DNA of 64,000 nucleotides from UHGV virus genome UHGV-0351052. The stretch is one strand, 5' to 3'. This stretch comes from a virus. The notes beneath the pieces were generated by a model that saw only the letters and a program-made list of their open reading frames with translations, made no database searches and was not told the origin of the DNA. Both the position numbers and the translations under genes were made by a program. Position 1 is the first letter of the stretch. Each line of letters begins with the position of its first letter. Below, piece after piece: positions 49,806-60,401 of this stretch.

Positions 49806-49807
49806 TA

Positions 49808-50383
49808 TTAATTACCACGGGCCGCATTAGCAACGGCGTAAGCATACTGAACATTAGCGTCCTTAAACGTACCTTTAGAGGTATCTATTTCTGCCTTAAA
49901 GCCGCCTTTAGCCATAACATCGGCAAATTCTTTACGGAAAGCCATTGCATCAAGACCTTTCCATGATGATTTATGCTTGGCAAATTCAAGACCAGCGTAG
50001 TTGACAGCCTTAGCTAATTTATTATCAATAACCCATTTACCAGCTTTAGGCACAAACACCGGGCCTTTCTGTTTGGAGAATAGTTTTAAATTCCAGCGAC
50101 GAAGGTCACCGTCAGCTTTAACAAAAGCTGCGTCCAAGTTACTAGCAACAACATCTTGAATATGGCCAAATTTAAGCCCATCAACTTCAATATTTAGATC
50201 GGTACGCCAGCGAAGTCCTTCCCAAGCGAAGCCTTTAAAGTCGGAAGCCTTTGTAGCTAAGTACCGTTCAATAGGAGCTGTTTTAGGGTCAAAGCCGTTT
50301 CCTCGGTAAGTCCACTCATCTTTATTAATGCCTTTGGCCTTTTCCACAGAAGCTTCGGCGATAAATTCTTTATACGTTTTCAT
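49808..50383 (-). CDS. ipIII: internal protein III (capsid-packaged, CTS leader MKTYKEFIAEA)
   Basis: 191 aa with canonical capsid targeting sequence; matches T4 IPIII. Confidence 0.8.
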   Translation of the reverse strand: MKTYKEFIAEASVEKAKGINKDEWTYRGNGFDPKTAPIERYLATKASDFKGFAWEGLRWRTDLNIEVDGLKFGHIQDVVASNLDAAFVKADGDLRRWNLKLFSKQKGPVFVPKAGKWVIDNKLAKAVNYAGLEFAKHKSSWKGLDAMAFRKEFADVMAKGGFKAEIDTSKGTFKDANVQYAYAVANAARGN

Positions 50384-50444
50384 ATGTTTCCTTTAAATAT
50401 TTTAATTAGTAATTTGTCTCTTCAAGTAACTGTGAATATACTAT

Positions 50445-50467
50445 CACAATTCCAAGAGAAAGTAAAC
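50445..50467 (-). promoter_or_regulatory. T4-type early promoter
   Basis: atatactatcac -10 region, gtaaac 50462-50467. Confidence 0.5.
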
Positions 50468-50471
50468 AACT

Positions 50472-51002
<531 letters not shown>

Positions 51003-51458
51003 TTAAAAGAGGTTGTTCATTATTCGGTAAAGTGAAGGACCCATCACATATTGCCACTGAGTACGAGGAATAAGAGCAAAAGCGTCCATCTCTGGAATCA
51101 TAACACCATCTTTATTTTCAAAATAAGACTCACAATGGCAATTTCTAAACATCTCATGCTCTACTGGAATCGTATAATAAAATAACTGTAAGTCTTTATT
51201 ACTAGAATATTTAAATACACCTAGGTCTTCTAGAAGGTCTGGATTATAATTGCTAAAACCGGTCTCTTCTAAGCATTCTCTTTTTGCAGCTTCCAGTGCA
51301 TTCAAATCAGAACTTTCTACACGACCTTTTGGAATATCCCAGCGATGTGCCATCATTCCAGGCTTACGAGAACCAGTAACCCGACCCATAAATAAATCTT
51401 TATCTTCTGTCATGAAGATAATACCAGCTGATAATGTTTTCATTTTAATTTCCTGCAT
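51003..51458 (-). CDS. nudE: Nudix hydrolase NudE
   Basis: 151 aa; Nudix box GRVESSDLNALEAAKRECLEETG. Confidence 0.8.
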   Translation of the reverse strand: MQEIKMKTLSAGIIFMTEDKDLFMGRVTGSRKPGMMAHRWDIPKGRVESSDLNALEAAKRECLEETGFSNYNPDLLEDLGVFKYSSNKDLQLFYYTIPVEHEMFRNCHCESYFENKDGVMIPEMDAFALIPRTQWQYVMGPSLYRIMNNLF

Positions 51459-51943
51459 TCAGTGATAAAGTTATTTAAATTTTGAGCATATTTCTTTTCA
51501 TCATAAATCTTTTGCTGTCTGCGTAAACGCCATGGCATTTCAATGAACACACGCCATATTCCTGATAATACTGCTGCTGTAAAAATATTAACAAGTATAG
51601 TTAAAAGAACCCAATCTCCTATTCTGTCCATTGGATTTTTTATAAAAAAGTAAAATACGAATGATGATATAGGAAGACTAATGATATACCATAGAAGAAC
51701 CTTCTTATTTGTGAACCAATCAGCATTCGTTAACTTAGCGCGACCATTTTGAATACACACGAATTTATCATCTGTTACAGTAAATGGCTTAGCTGCTTGA
51801 TATCCCATTCTAAACTCCCTAATTAATCGTTTCTTTGTATCTTCGGAACAACCATTCCAATCAACTCTATCAACTGAAATGCCATCATCCCCATCGTCTA
51901 AGTCATACCAGCGAGTTTTTAAAATCATCTGATTTTCCTGCAA
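51440..51943 (-). CDS. hypothetical membrane protein (167 aa)
   Basis: ORF track; hydrophobic segments. Confidence 0.5.
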   Translation of the reverse strand: MQENQMILKTRWYDLDDGDDGISVDRVDWNGCSEDTKKRLIREFRMGYQAAKPFTVTDDKFVCIQNGRAKLTNADWFTNKKVLLWYIISLPISSFVFYFFIKNPMDRIGDWVLLTILVNIFTAAVLSGIWRVFIEMPWRLRRQQKIYDEKKYAQNLNNFITECRKLK

Positions 51944-52287
51944 TCACTCACAAACTCTTTCATTGATTCATTTTCAATATAAGACATGTAGTTGTTATAT
52001 TCTTTTAATTGTATTTTGTAATCTTTTTTTCTTTGCCAATTTATTTTAAAATTATCATAATGAAAATATAACATGGTACCAAAGAATGAAAATAATGAAA
52101 TCGCTATAGTATAATGAAGTTCACTCCAAACTTCTATTATATTTACTGTGCCGTCAATGTTTAAAATAAGACAGTCAATTAACAATCCAAAAAGACTACC
52201 CGCAAGAGCTGCAGCCAACGCCACAGCAAAAATTAAAAATGACTCAGGAAGCGAATATTTGGCTTTATTTAGTTTTGGCTTTTGCAT
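51925..52287 (-). CDS. hypothetical membrane protein (120 aa)
   Basis: ORF track. Confidence 0.5.
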   Translation of the reverse strand: MQKPKLNKAKYSLPESFLIFAVALAAALAGSLFGLLIDCLILNIDGTVNIIEVWSELHYTIAISLFSFFGTMLYFHYDNFKINWQRKKDYKIQLKEYNNYMSYIENESMKEFVSDCRKIR

Positions 52288-52682
52288 CGTGATTCCTTAA
52301 CAAATTTCATAATTTCATCAAATTCATACGCAGCAAGTTTAAGCTGATGTTCCTTTTTAATCTTTTTACACTGTGCTTTCCAATCACGTACGCGTTTACG
52401 ATAATGCCTTCCTTGATACCAGTATCCTACCCAATTTACAGGTACTAATAAAAGCGGAACTACTAATGGAAGAATTAATACTAACAGAAATATTACGCCA
52501 GATTCAATATCAGTCATAAAATCTATAATCATTCCAACAATCAATAGAATTACAAATGATATAGCTGTCACAGGACCTATTAACACATCAGTAGAAATTA
52601 TCTGACGCTTTAATTCATACTTCAACGGTTTACTTGGAAGATACATTGATGGCTTTGACATATTCTCTACATTCCTTAACAA
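52269..52682 (-). CDS. hypothetical membrane protein (137 aa)
   Basis: ORF track. Confidence 0.5.
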   Translation of the reverse strand: MLRNVENMSKPSMYLPSKPLKYELKRQIISTDVLIGPVTAISFVILLIVGMIIDFMTDIESGVIFLLVLILPLVVPLLLVPVNWVGYWYQGRHYRKRVRDWKAQCKKIKKEHQLKLAAYEFDEIMKFVKESRCKSQN

Positions 52683-53238
52683 ATTTTTCTAATAATAAAT
52701 CGCTTTCAAAATTGGGATTTTCTACGAATTTATCAAAAAGATCATCAACAATATTCAAGATATTCCTTTTACTAAGAATACGTTTATTTTCATGCTTCGT
52801 TTCAGAATCAACTATAAGAGTAAAGAAATATTTCTTGCCCTGAAATTTTACAGTAGTATCAATATAAAATAAATTTGACTTTTGTAAATTACGTTTAAAC
52901 CATGCGTCACTTAAACTATAAACGCCAAGATAATCATAATCGTTGTTTAAATAACAGACCGTCCATTCAGGAGAAACAAAATCAGTAAATTCAACATCAA
53001 AATCACACGTCAATAAATGAATTGATTCAATACTGTTAATAAGTATTCCAGGACGTATTAAAGACTTTTTACCTCTGGAAAATCTTCCAGAAAGACTTTC
53101 ATTAGTTTCATATGAAGAACCCCAATAATAATTACGCCCTTCTGCCATACGTTTAAGAGCATTTAGTAATTGGTCTGGAACATCAACCTGTCTTTGGAAC
53201 TCTTCAAACATTGAATTAAAATCACTTTGCATTTTCAT
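52630..53238 (-). CDS. hypothetical protein (202 aa)
   Basis: ORF track. Confidence 0.5.
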   Translation of the reverse strand: MKMQSDFNSMFEEFQRQVDVPDQLLNALKRMAEGRNYYWGSSYETNESLSGRFSRGKKSLIRPGILINSIESIHLLTCDFDVEFTDFVSPEWTVCYLNNDYDYLGVYSLSDAWFKRNLQKSNLFYIDTTVKFQGKKYFFTLIVDSETKHENKRILSKRNILNIVDDLFDKFVENPNFESDLLLEKFVKECREYVKAINVSSK

Positions 53239-53258
53239 TCCTACTTACTCCAAGTAAT

Positions 53259-53274
53259 AGGGGCCGAAGCCCCT
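53259..53274 (-). terminator. UUCG-tetraloop hairpin terminator
   Basis: aggggc-cgaa-gcccct. Confidence 0.55.
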
Positions 53275-53279
53275 TATCA

Positions 53280-53873
53280 TTATTTCAGAGAATTAATATA
53301 TTCCTGAACATCGGCAGAGGTAGTTTCAACCCCAGAAATATTGCCATTAAAGGTTTCAACTCGGGCGAGAGTATCTTCAATATCAACCTTAGTCAGCGCT
53401 GCAATTTCAACTACATCATCAGCAGTACTAATTCCAAGGGCATTTGCTGCACGAGTTTCACGGATATATTCCAATTTAACTGCAAGTTCTTGACGAGCAT
53501 CATCTAACTCAACTACTTTCTTAGCGATTTCAATTCGCATTTCAGCATAACCATCAGCTTTAGTAGTCAGCTGTTCAGCTGTTCGACGATATAGCAAGCC
53601 GAGTTTAGCATGCATTGTTACATCTTGACCTTCGGAAAGAAGCTTGCGAATTTCACGCTCTTTTGATTCGGCCTGCTTATTCTTTTCAATAACAAGTTCA
53701 CGAATACGTTTTTCTTCATTAATAGATTTAACAGAAGCAGTTTTTAGATCTTTAATTTTATCAAGCAGTTTTGCTGCTGCGGCAGTATACTGTTCTTCAA
53801 CAGATAGATTTTTAGCCATAGCAGAACTAAGTTTAGTGCGAATAAACTCAATAATTTTCTTCAGTGTGTTCAT
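53280..53873 (-). CDS. coiled-coil protein (197 aa)
   Basis: ORF track; heptad-rich. Confidence 0.5.
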   Translation of the reverse strand: MNTLKKIIEFIRTKLSSAMAKNLSVEEQYTAAAAKLLDKIKDLKTASVKSINEEKRIRELVIEKNKQAESKEREIRKLLSEGQDVTMHAKLGLLYRRTAEQLTTKADGYAEMRIEIAKKVVELDDARQELAVKLEYIRETRAANALGISTADDVVEIAALTKVDIEDTLARVETFNGNISGVETTSADVQEYINSLK

Positions 53874-53916
53874 AGTATTTCCTTAGGTTGATTAAAAATT
53901 AAAATCTGTGGAAGAA

Positions 53917-54450
53917 TTATATCCCATTACTCGAGGGATGTAAACTATTTTTAATTTTACAAATTCGTTCAGCTTCTTCAACAGCGGCAGTGATAATGCT
54001 TTTAGCTATAGGAGTACTAATATTAGTAGCTTTTACACTTAACACGATTTCTTTATCTTTACCAGGCCAACCCCACGATTTTTCACCATGAGTGCCTTTA
54101 ATTACAGCAGACACCTCAAGTGAGCATCCATTATCGCATGTTTTTACATTAACAACCCAAGTGTCACTTTTCTCAACCGGTTTATCCCAGTAAATATTAA
54201 GAATACGTGGGACATCAAATTTAGCAGGGCAAATCTTAACAGTAAGACCTTCGCTTTCTAGCCAATTAATAAGAGGGCGTTCATACATGCGGAGATGTGG
54301 GCTTTGAACTCGACAAGCCTTGTACCCATTGCTTGCGGCTTCACTAAGCTCTTCTAATACCTGCTTTTGCATTATTGATAAGATACCATCAAAAGATTTT
54401 TCGGAAGTTTCATTCAGTTCGGTATAAAGAGACATAACAGTTTTCCTCAA
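53917..54450 (-). CDS. hypothetical protein (177 aa)
   Basis: ORF track. Confidence 0.5.
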   Translation of the reverse strand: MRKTVMSLYTELNETSEKSFDGILSIMQKQVLEELSEAASNGYKACRVQSPHLRMYERPLINWLESEGLTVKICPAKFDVPRILNIYWDKPVEKSDTWVVNVKTCDNGCSLEVSAVIKGTHGEKSWGWPGKDKEIVLSVKATNISTPIAKSIITAAVEEAERICKIKNSLHPSSNGI

Positions 54451-54491
54451 ATTATAGGCTCATAATATCTCAATCATGAGCCTATGTAAAC

Positions 54492-54755
54492 TTATTTCAT
54501 ATTATTGAAATATTCTTCTGCGATTTCGTCGTTATCATGGTAAACTTTAGAAGACAGTTTAACATAACCTTCTGCCGTGAACATATTAATCACAACCTTT
54601 ACAGTATACCACTGACCGTCTTCATTACCCATTACTGCGTAAGTTTCAAACATCGGATGATCAGGACCGATAACTTTAATATCATTCACTGTACGACCGA
54701 AATCTTCTGAAACGCATTTCATAAAGAAGTTGAACAGTTCGCCGTAATTATCCAT
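54492..54755 (-). CDS. hypothetical protein (about 87 aa)
   Basis: ORF 54492-54818 trimmed to Met downstream of promoter. Confidence 0.45.
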   Translation of the reverse strand: MDNYGELFNFFMKCVSEDFGRTVNDIKVIGPDHPMFETYAVMGNEDGQWYTVKVVINMFTAEGYVKLSSKVYHDNDEIAEEYFNNMK

Positions 54756-54794
54756 TTCATTCTCCAAGTTGTTTTCTGTATCAGTAGTTGATAG

Positions 54795-54827
54795 TTGTAT
54801 AGTACCATGGAAGGACAAGGATGTAAA
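54795..54827 (-). promoter_or_regulatory. T4-type early promoter
   Basis: gtatagtacc -10 region, gtaaac 54822-54827. Confidence 0.55.
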
Positions 54828-54962
54828 CCGTTTTGTGAAAAAAATTTTTAAAAAGTTTTAGGGAATTCTAGGGCAGGGAGGGGTAATTAAAAGATAGGAT
54901 AATATATTATAAAGGGTAGAAACTAAATGATACCTAGAGAGGTCCAGAAAGGCCTAGATACC

Positions 54963-54989
54963 AAAAAGCCCCAACCTTTCGGTCGGGGC
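54963..54989 (-). terminator. strong intrinsic terminator ending the tRNA/stable-RNA unit
   Basis: minus strand reads GCCCCGACC-GAAA-GGUUGGGGC followed by UUUUU. Confidence 0.7.
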
Positions 54990-55300
54990 TAAGCCTTGCG
55001 GCAACCTTGTCGGGGTTCCACCTGCTAAGGCAAGTGTTTGTACGAAACGCCGGGATTCGAACCCGGTTATTAAGTAGTTGACGCTACTCAATATTTTTAA
55101 AAGGCCATATCTCGACTATATCCGAACGTTCCGTCAAAAACGCTACTCGGCTTACGGCAAAGATATTTCCTCGAATCGATAATTCGGTGCGCCGTTTCTG
55201 CTGTGATATAAGTGGACATTAGCAAAACATAAAGATTTATTAATGCCAGTCCTTAAACAGGGAACATCAGTCCGACGACTTACCGGTAGCGACCCGGTTT
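54990..55300 (-). ncRNA. putative stable RNA region (T4 rnaC/rnaD species 1 and 2 equivalents)
   Basis: GC-rich, ORF-poor stretch with tRNA-like T-arm element cccgggttcgaatcccgg, downstream of tRNA-Arg and upstream of strong terminator. Confidence 0.35.
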
Positions 55301-55301
55301 C

Positions 55302-55652
55302 TTAATATTCTTTTAAAGAATCAATATATTCACGGCGTTTACGCCACAAATCAATTGCTTCATACGCGGATTCAGCATTTCGAATTGGTCGGCATTTATG
55401 TAAAGACTTATGATTTTGATATTGTGTAGATAACGGAATTGTATCTAAAAGGTCTTTACGATCAAAATATTCGTAACCATCTAAACCAAATGAACGATTT
55501 TTAAGAAATTGCCAATGACCATATTCGTTTTCGACATAAACATAATCTGCATGCTGATAAAGCAAATTAATTACACGTTCAGAAATAACAGTATCATTAT
55601 GATTAAAATAGAATGTTAAATCATGAACTACTAAATAAACATTACCTTTCAT
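55302..55652 (-). CDS. hypothetical protein (about 117 aa)
   Basis: ORF 55302-55700 trimmed to Met with GAGGAAA Shine-Dalgarno so as not to overlap tRNA-Arg. Confidence 0.45.
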   Translation of the reverse strand: MKGNVYLVVHDLTFYFNHNDTVISERVINLLYQHADYVYVENEYGHWQFLKNRSFGLDGYEYFDRKDLLDTIPLSTQYQNHKSLHKCRPIRNAESAYEAIDLWRKRREYIDSLKEY

Positions 55653-55670
55653 ATTTTCCTCACTTATAAT

Positions 55671-55747
<77 letters not shown>

Positions 55748-55750
55748 TAA

Positions 55751-56416
55751 TTAAAATTTCATTTTTCGACCTTTAAACCATCCTTCTGGAATTGGGTCAG
55801 TTTTCTTAATACGTTTAGAAACTTTTTCATCTAATGAATGAATCCACATCATACCAAATTGGGAATTCTTTTCGCCCTGTTGATGTTTATTTCTGGCGTG
55901 AGATTCTTTCATTTTATTAATAGTTTCAGGAGTATGGGTCTTACCCAAGAAAGATTTAGTATTTAAAAATTTCTCTCTATACTTAGGATTATCCCAAAGC
56001 TGTTTAAACCTTTCTGAACCCATTTTACGATATTTTTCTTTAAGGTCTGGGTCGTTCTCAAATCTGGTTTTAAAAGCGGCAGCTCCTTTTAAAGAAGCTT
56101 CTTTCTTTTTATCCAAATATTCTTTAGTGTTTAAATGGTCCCAACCACCTTCACCACCTAATTTCAAATTATAAACATCAGAGCGCTTTAAAAACTCTTC
56201 AGTCACAATATTCTTTTCTGACTCAAACATAGAGGTTTTATCGTCAAAGAACTCTAATATTTCTTTAGAAAAATTTTCTATACCATACTTATCTTGGGCT
56301 CTTTTTAATAATTTACCAGAACCCATATATCCATCATCTAAATTTTCGGTAGAATGAGCGCCTATATAGATTTTATTATTAATTTTATTTGTTATTTTAT
56401 AAATGTAATGGAACAT
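55751..56416 (-). CDS. segB: GIY-YIG homing endonuclease SegB
   Basis: 221 aa; N-terminal YIYKITNKINNKIYIGAH GIY-YIG motif; located between tRNA subclusters as in T4. Confidence 0.8.
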   Translation of the reverse strand: MFHYIYKITNKINNKIYIGAHSTENLDDGYMGSGKLLKRAQDKYGIENFSKEILEFFDDKTSMFESEKNIVTEEFLKRSDVYNLKLGGEGGWDHLNTKEYLDKKKEASLKGAAAFKTRFENDPDLKEKYRKMGSERFKQLWDNPKYREKFLNTKSFLGKTHTPETINKMKESHARNKHQQGEKNSQFGMMWIHSLDEKVSKRIKKTDPIPEGWFKGRKMKF

Positions 56417-56457
56417 AAATATCTCCTATTTCTAAGAGTATTTATGTTCTCAAAATA

Positions 56458-56529
56458 TGGCCCTGGGTGGAATTGAACCACCATCTGGCGATTATGAGTC
56501 GCTTGCTTGAACCTTCCAGCTACAGGGCC
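56458..56529 (-). tRNA. tRNA-Ile (anticodon CAU, Ile2-type)
   Basis: Hand-folded; anticodon loop CUCAUAA; last tRNA of the T4 order Gln-Leu-Gly-Pro-Ser-Thr-Ile. Confidence 0.7.
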
Positions 56530-56535
56530 TTGATA

Positions 56536-56608
56536 TGCTGATTGACGGAATCGAACCGCCGACGTCCTCATTACAAGTGAGGTGCTCTACCTACTGAGCT
56601 AAATCAGC
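56536..56608 (-). tRNA. tRNA-Thr (anticodon UGU)
   Basis: Hand-folded: acceptor GCUGAUU, anticodon loop CUUGUAA, T-arm GGCGG-UUCGAUU-CCGUC. Confidence 0.8.
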
Positions 56609-56615
56609 GAAATTA

Positions 56616-56702
56616 CGGAGGCGATAGGATTTGAACCTATGAGTCGCCGGAGCGACTGCCGGTTTTCAAGACCGGTGCATTAAACCACTCTGCCACGCCT
56701 CC
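56616..56702 (-). tRNA. tRNA-Ser (anticodon UGA), long variable arm
   Basis: Hand-folded: acceptor GGAGGCG, anticodon loop CUUGAAA, long extra arm. Confidence 0.8.
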
Positions 56703-56704
56703 AG

Positions 56705-56778
56705 TCTCCGTGGCAGGATTTGAACCTACGACATTCTGCTCCCAAAGCAGACGCTCTACCAAACTGAGCTACACGGAG
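56705..56778 (-). tRNA. tRNA-Pro (anticodon UGG)
   Basis: Hand-folded: acceptor CUCCGUG, anticodon loop UUUGGGA. Confidence 0.8.
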
Positions 56779-56790
56779 TAAATTAAATTT

Positions 56791-56863
<73 letters not shown>

Positions 56864-56868
56864 AAATT

Positions 56869-56955
56869 TGGTACGAGAAGTGGGACTCGAACCCACAAGG
56901 AAATCATTCCGCAGCATTTTAAGTGCTGTGCCTTTACCAATTTGACCATTCTCGC
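56869..56955 (-). tRNA. tRNA-Leu (anticodon UAA), long variable arm, CCA encoded
   Basis: Hand-folded: acceptor GCGAGAA, anticodon loop CUUAAAA. Confidence 0.8.
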
Positions 56956-56956
56956 G

Positions 56957-57029
56957 CTGGGAATAAAGGACTCGAACCTTTGCATCTAGCAGTCAAAGTG
57001 CTATGCCTTACCAACTTGGCTAATTCCCA
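56957..57029 (-). tRNA. tRNA-Gln (anticodon UUG)
   Basis: Hand-folded: acceptor UGGGAAU, anticodon loop CUUUGAC; separated by 1 nt from tRNA-Leu. Confidence 0.8.
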
Positions 57030-57126
57030 ATTATTAACAAAGGCTCTCTAACAAGAACCCTTGATGATAGAGGGTATTAATCAGTGCGATATGAGTTAAT
57101 AATAACAAATAATTCTTAAAGCATAT

Positions 57127-57414
57127 TTACCATTTATGATAATACATATTTACGATGCATTCAAGACCCAAAGGATTCTTGAAAATATCATATTCAAGAG
57201 GACCTTTTTCTGTTTCGATAAAGAAATCAAAATTTACTGTATTAAATTTACGTTCTTCCTTCACTAATTTAACTTGAGAAGATGAACGGTCAATGTAAAC
57301 CTTTTCAACTTCAAAACATGTTAAAATGCCATAATCATCAATCAAGGCTTTAGCTGCTTCTTGATCATATTTATATCCATTTTCAATGGATGATACTTTA
57401 GCATAAAGAATCAT
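57127..57414 (-). CDS. hypothetical protein (95 aa)
   Basis: ORF track. Confidence 0.5.
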   Translation of the reverse strand: MILYAKVSSIENGYKYDQEAAKALIDDYGILTCFEVEKVYIDRSSSQVKLVKEERKFNTVNFDFFIETEKGPLEYDIFKNPLGLECIVNMYYHKW

Positions 57415-57416
57415 TA

Positions 57417-57824
57417 TCAGCCTCTATCAACGATAGTATGAGTATGAGCATTTACGATTTGCCACCAATCAAAGCGATTAGAACCATAATCTGGTTTGTT
57501 TTCATTTTCTTTGATAATATCACGCAGTTTATCTTCTGTTTCAGCATACGCAATTAAATCATCATATCCACCACAAGGATAATAATTATCACCTGCGAAT
57601 AAAAGAAAATTTACCTTAGATGGATTTACGTAATAATGGTCTTTAGGATATTTAGTTCCCCTCCAATCAGTTACTTCAACATAACGATAAGAAAATCCAT
57701 TTTTACTTTCAATCCAACTCCACGCTTCAAAAGGAGTATTAAAAACTCTATCAGGTATTAAATTACCTTCAAAATGAGAAGGATTTGCATAATCCCCGGC
57801 ATAAACATAATATTCGTTACTCAT
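57417..57824 (-). CDS. hypothetical protein (135 aa)
   Basis: ORF track. Confidence 0.5.
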   Translation of the reverse strand: MSNEYYVYAGDYANPSHFEGNLIPDRVFNTPFEAWSWIESKNGFSYRYVEVTDWRGTKYPKDHYYVNPSKVNFLLFAGDNYYPCGGYDDLIAYAETEDKLRDIIKENENKPDYGSNRFDWWQIVNAHTHTIVDRG

Positions 57825-58010
57825 TTATTCACCTTTAGAAATTTTATCCATAACGATAGCGATTAAACCAATTAAAAATGCTACTACAAGTGAAAACACA
57901 TTTTCTGCTGTAGTCAATAATCCGCATATAAATCCAACAAACATTGAAAAACTAAAAGCGGAAGCAGAAATTGCAATAGCAGCATTTCGAATTAATTCAC
58001 AACGTTTCAT
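57825..58010 (-). CDS. hypothetical small membrane protein (61 aa)
   Basis: ORF track; hydrophobic. Confidence 0.5.
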   Translation of the reverse strand: MKRCELIRNAAIAISASAFSFSMFVGFICGLLTTAENVFSLVVAFLIGLIAIVMDKISKGE

Positions 58011-58036
58011 TTTATTCTCCTCAGTAGTTGATAGGG

Positions 58037-58068
58037 TAATAGTATCACAACTAAAACCCTATGTAAAC
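58037..58068 (-). promoter_or_regulatory. T4-type early promoter
   Basis: taatagtatcac -10 region, gtaaac 58063-58068, upstream motif ctttgtgaaattattttaaa identical to site at 58381-58410. Confidence 0.55.
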
Positions 58069-58080
58069 AACTTTGTGAAA

Positions 58081-58338
58081 TTATTTTAAATCTTCTAATC
58101 GTTTCTTCATCTTAGAACCATTTTTAGCAATTTCTCCTGCATCGGAGCATAATGCTAAAAGCGCTTTAACTTTAGTTTGGTCTCCTTTAAAAGATGAAGG
58201 ATCGACTGCAGCAGCAAGTTCTTTAATACGAGAGAAAAGACGTTCAGCTTCAGCTAAAGCCATTCCAAGCTTTACTTCCATACCGTGGGAAGATTCAGTA
58301 ATAGTAGTTTTTGTAGCAAACTCTTTGAAAGTTTTCAT
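58081..58338 (-). CDS. IP-locus internal protein with capsid targeting sequence (MKTFKEFATK), distinct from T4 IPI
   Basis: 85-aa ORF immediately upstream of 57B (the ipI position in T4); N-terminal leader resembles CTS of ipIII; body differs from T4 IPI as remembered. Confidence 0.55.
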   Translation of the reverse strand: MKTFKEFATKTTITESSHGMEVKLGMALAEAERLFSRIKELAAAVDPSSFKGDQTKVKALLALCSDAGEIAKNGSKMKKRLEDLK

Positions 58339-58366
58339 TTTATTTTCCTAATTAATTTTGATGAGG

Positions 58367-58398
58367 TAATAGTATCACTACCTCGTCAGTATGTAAAC
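58367..58398 (-). promoter_or_regulatory. T4-type early promoter for IP-locus gene
   Basis: taatagtatcac and gtaaac 58393-58398. Confidence 0.55.
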
Positions 58399-58410
58399 AA
58401 CTTTGTGAAA

Positions 58411-59095
<685 letters not shown>

Positions 59096-59096
<1 letters not shown>

Positions 59097-59821
59097 TATA
59101 GTACCTTTAGTGTATTTTTAATTTTAGAAAAAAGTTCTTCAAGAGAACCATCGTTTGTAATTACTAAATCGCCATCACGAATTGGCAATCCAGCTTCTGT
59201 AATATGTGTATCATTGGATTTTTGACCAGGACGAACTACATGAATTACTGTAGCACCCATCGCCCTAGCCGCATCCATTTCATGGTCTTGACGAGTATCA
59301 GGAACGATATAATAATCATAACCTGAGTTAAATTTATCAAGATAATCTAAAGCAAATAATTTTACCCAGTACATGCGATCGAAGTTATTAACGATCAAAT
59401 CCGTACCTAGGGCTTGCATCAGACGACGGACTGACCATTGATCTTCAATATTATTTATAACGTCAATAATCTTGTTAAATGCTACGGAATTAACTGATTC
59501 TTGTCCTTCGTCATCAAAAACAAACACACCTTTAATTGGGCTTTTACCATTAAGATAGCAAAATGCTTGTTCCATAATCGTGATTACTTCTGATTTAGTC
59601 AGATTTAAATTAGTCTCACGATCATAGTCAATTCCTTCAAACTCTTTACGAGTTAAGCAAGGATAGTCAGTGTTTTCTGCAAATACGCCCCATGCATAAG
59701 CCAATGCATCCTTAATAGGACCAGCAAGTTGGTATTTAACTGCAGAATAATTGCTCATAATAAAATCAGCAGTAGTATCTTTTCCACTACGCTTTACACC
59801 GCTTAAAAAGATTAGTTTCAT
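59096..59821 (-). CDS. 1: deoxynucleoside monophosphate kinase gp1
   Basis: Start at MKLIFLSGVKRSGKDT gives 241 aa (T4 gp1 length); P-loop. Confidence 0.9.
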
Positions 59822-59870
59822 GTGTTTCTCCTCAAATTTAATTAAGATTATAACACACAAAACTGAAGCA

Positions 59871-60401
59871 TTAAACTTCTGCTATAATTTTTCCATCTTT
59901 TTCTACTTGAAAATAGGTGTAAGGAATCGTTGCAGTACATACTAAAGCCGGGTCTGAATCTTCCGTGTAGCTAAATTCTACTTCAGACAGGTCAGAAACC
60001 CAAGGCTTATAAAAATTTATTGACATCACGATTTCAGTTTTGCTATTATCTAAGATGTAAAGCGTAATGTACTCAGGACCTGTTTTTTGGGCAGTATTTT
60101 CACCTGTAAGATAGTTGCTAGTTCCTAGCATCCATTCATACATTCCTATCCATGATTTAAGTTCTTCATCAACTATAAATCTCACAATGAGTGGATCATA
60201 CTCAAATGTAACACCTGGACGTTGTGCTCGGCCTAGTCCAAACGGCCCAGTCACGGTATCAGTAACAGGTATTCTAATTCCTGGAATAGGAACTGACTGA
60301 GCATTTAAAGTAAAAGCAGATGTAGTATTACTATGTGGTATTGATACTACAAAGTTAGTTGTATTTGCTTGGTTAAAAATTTGTTGCAGAGCTTGCGACA
60401 T
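59871..60401 (-). CDS. 3: tail completion / sheath stabilizer gp3
   Basis: Start at internal Met MSQALQQIF gives 176 aa with GAGGA Shine-Dalgarno; ORF track gives 59871-60482. Confidence 0.65.
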   Translation of the reverse strand: MSQALQQIFNQANTTNFVVSIPHSNTTSAFTLNAQSVPIPGIRIPVTDTVTGPFGLGRAQRPGVTFEYDPLIVRFIVDEELKSWIGMYEWMLGTSNYLTGENTAQKTGPEYITLYILDNSKTEIVMSINFYKPWVSDLSEVEFSYTEDSDPALVCTATIPYTYFQVEKDGKIIAEV

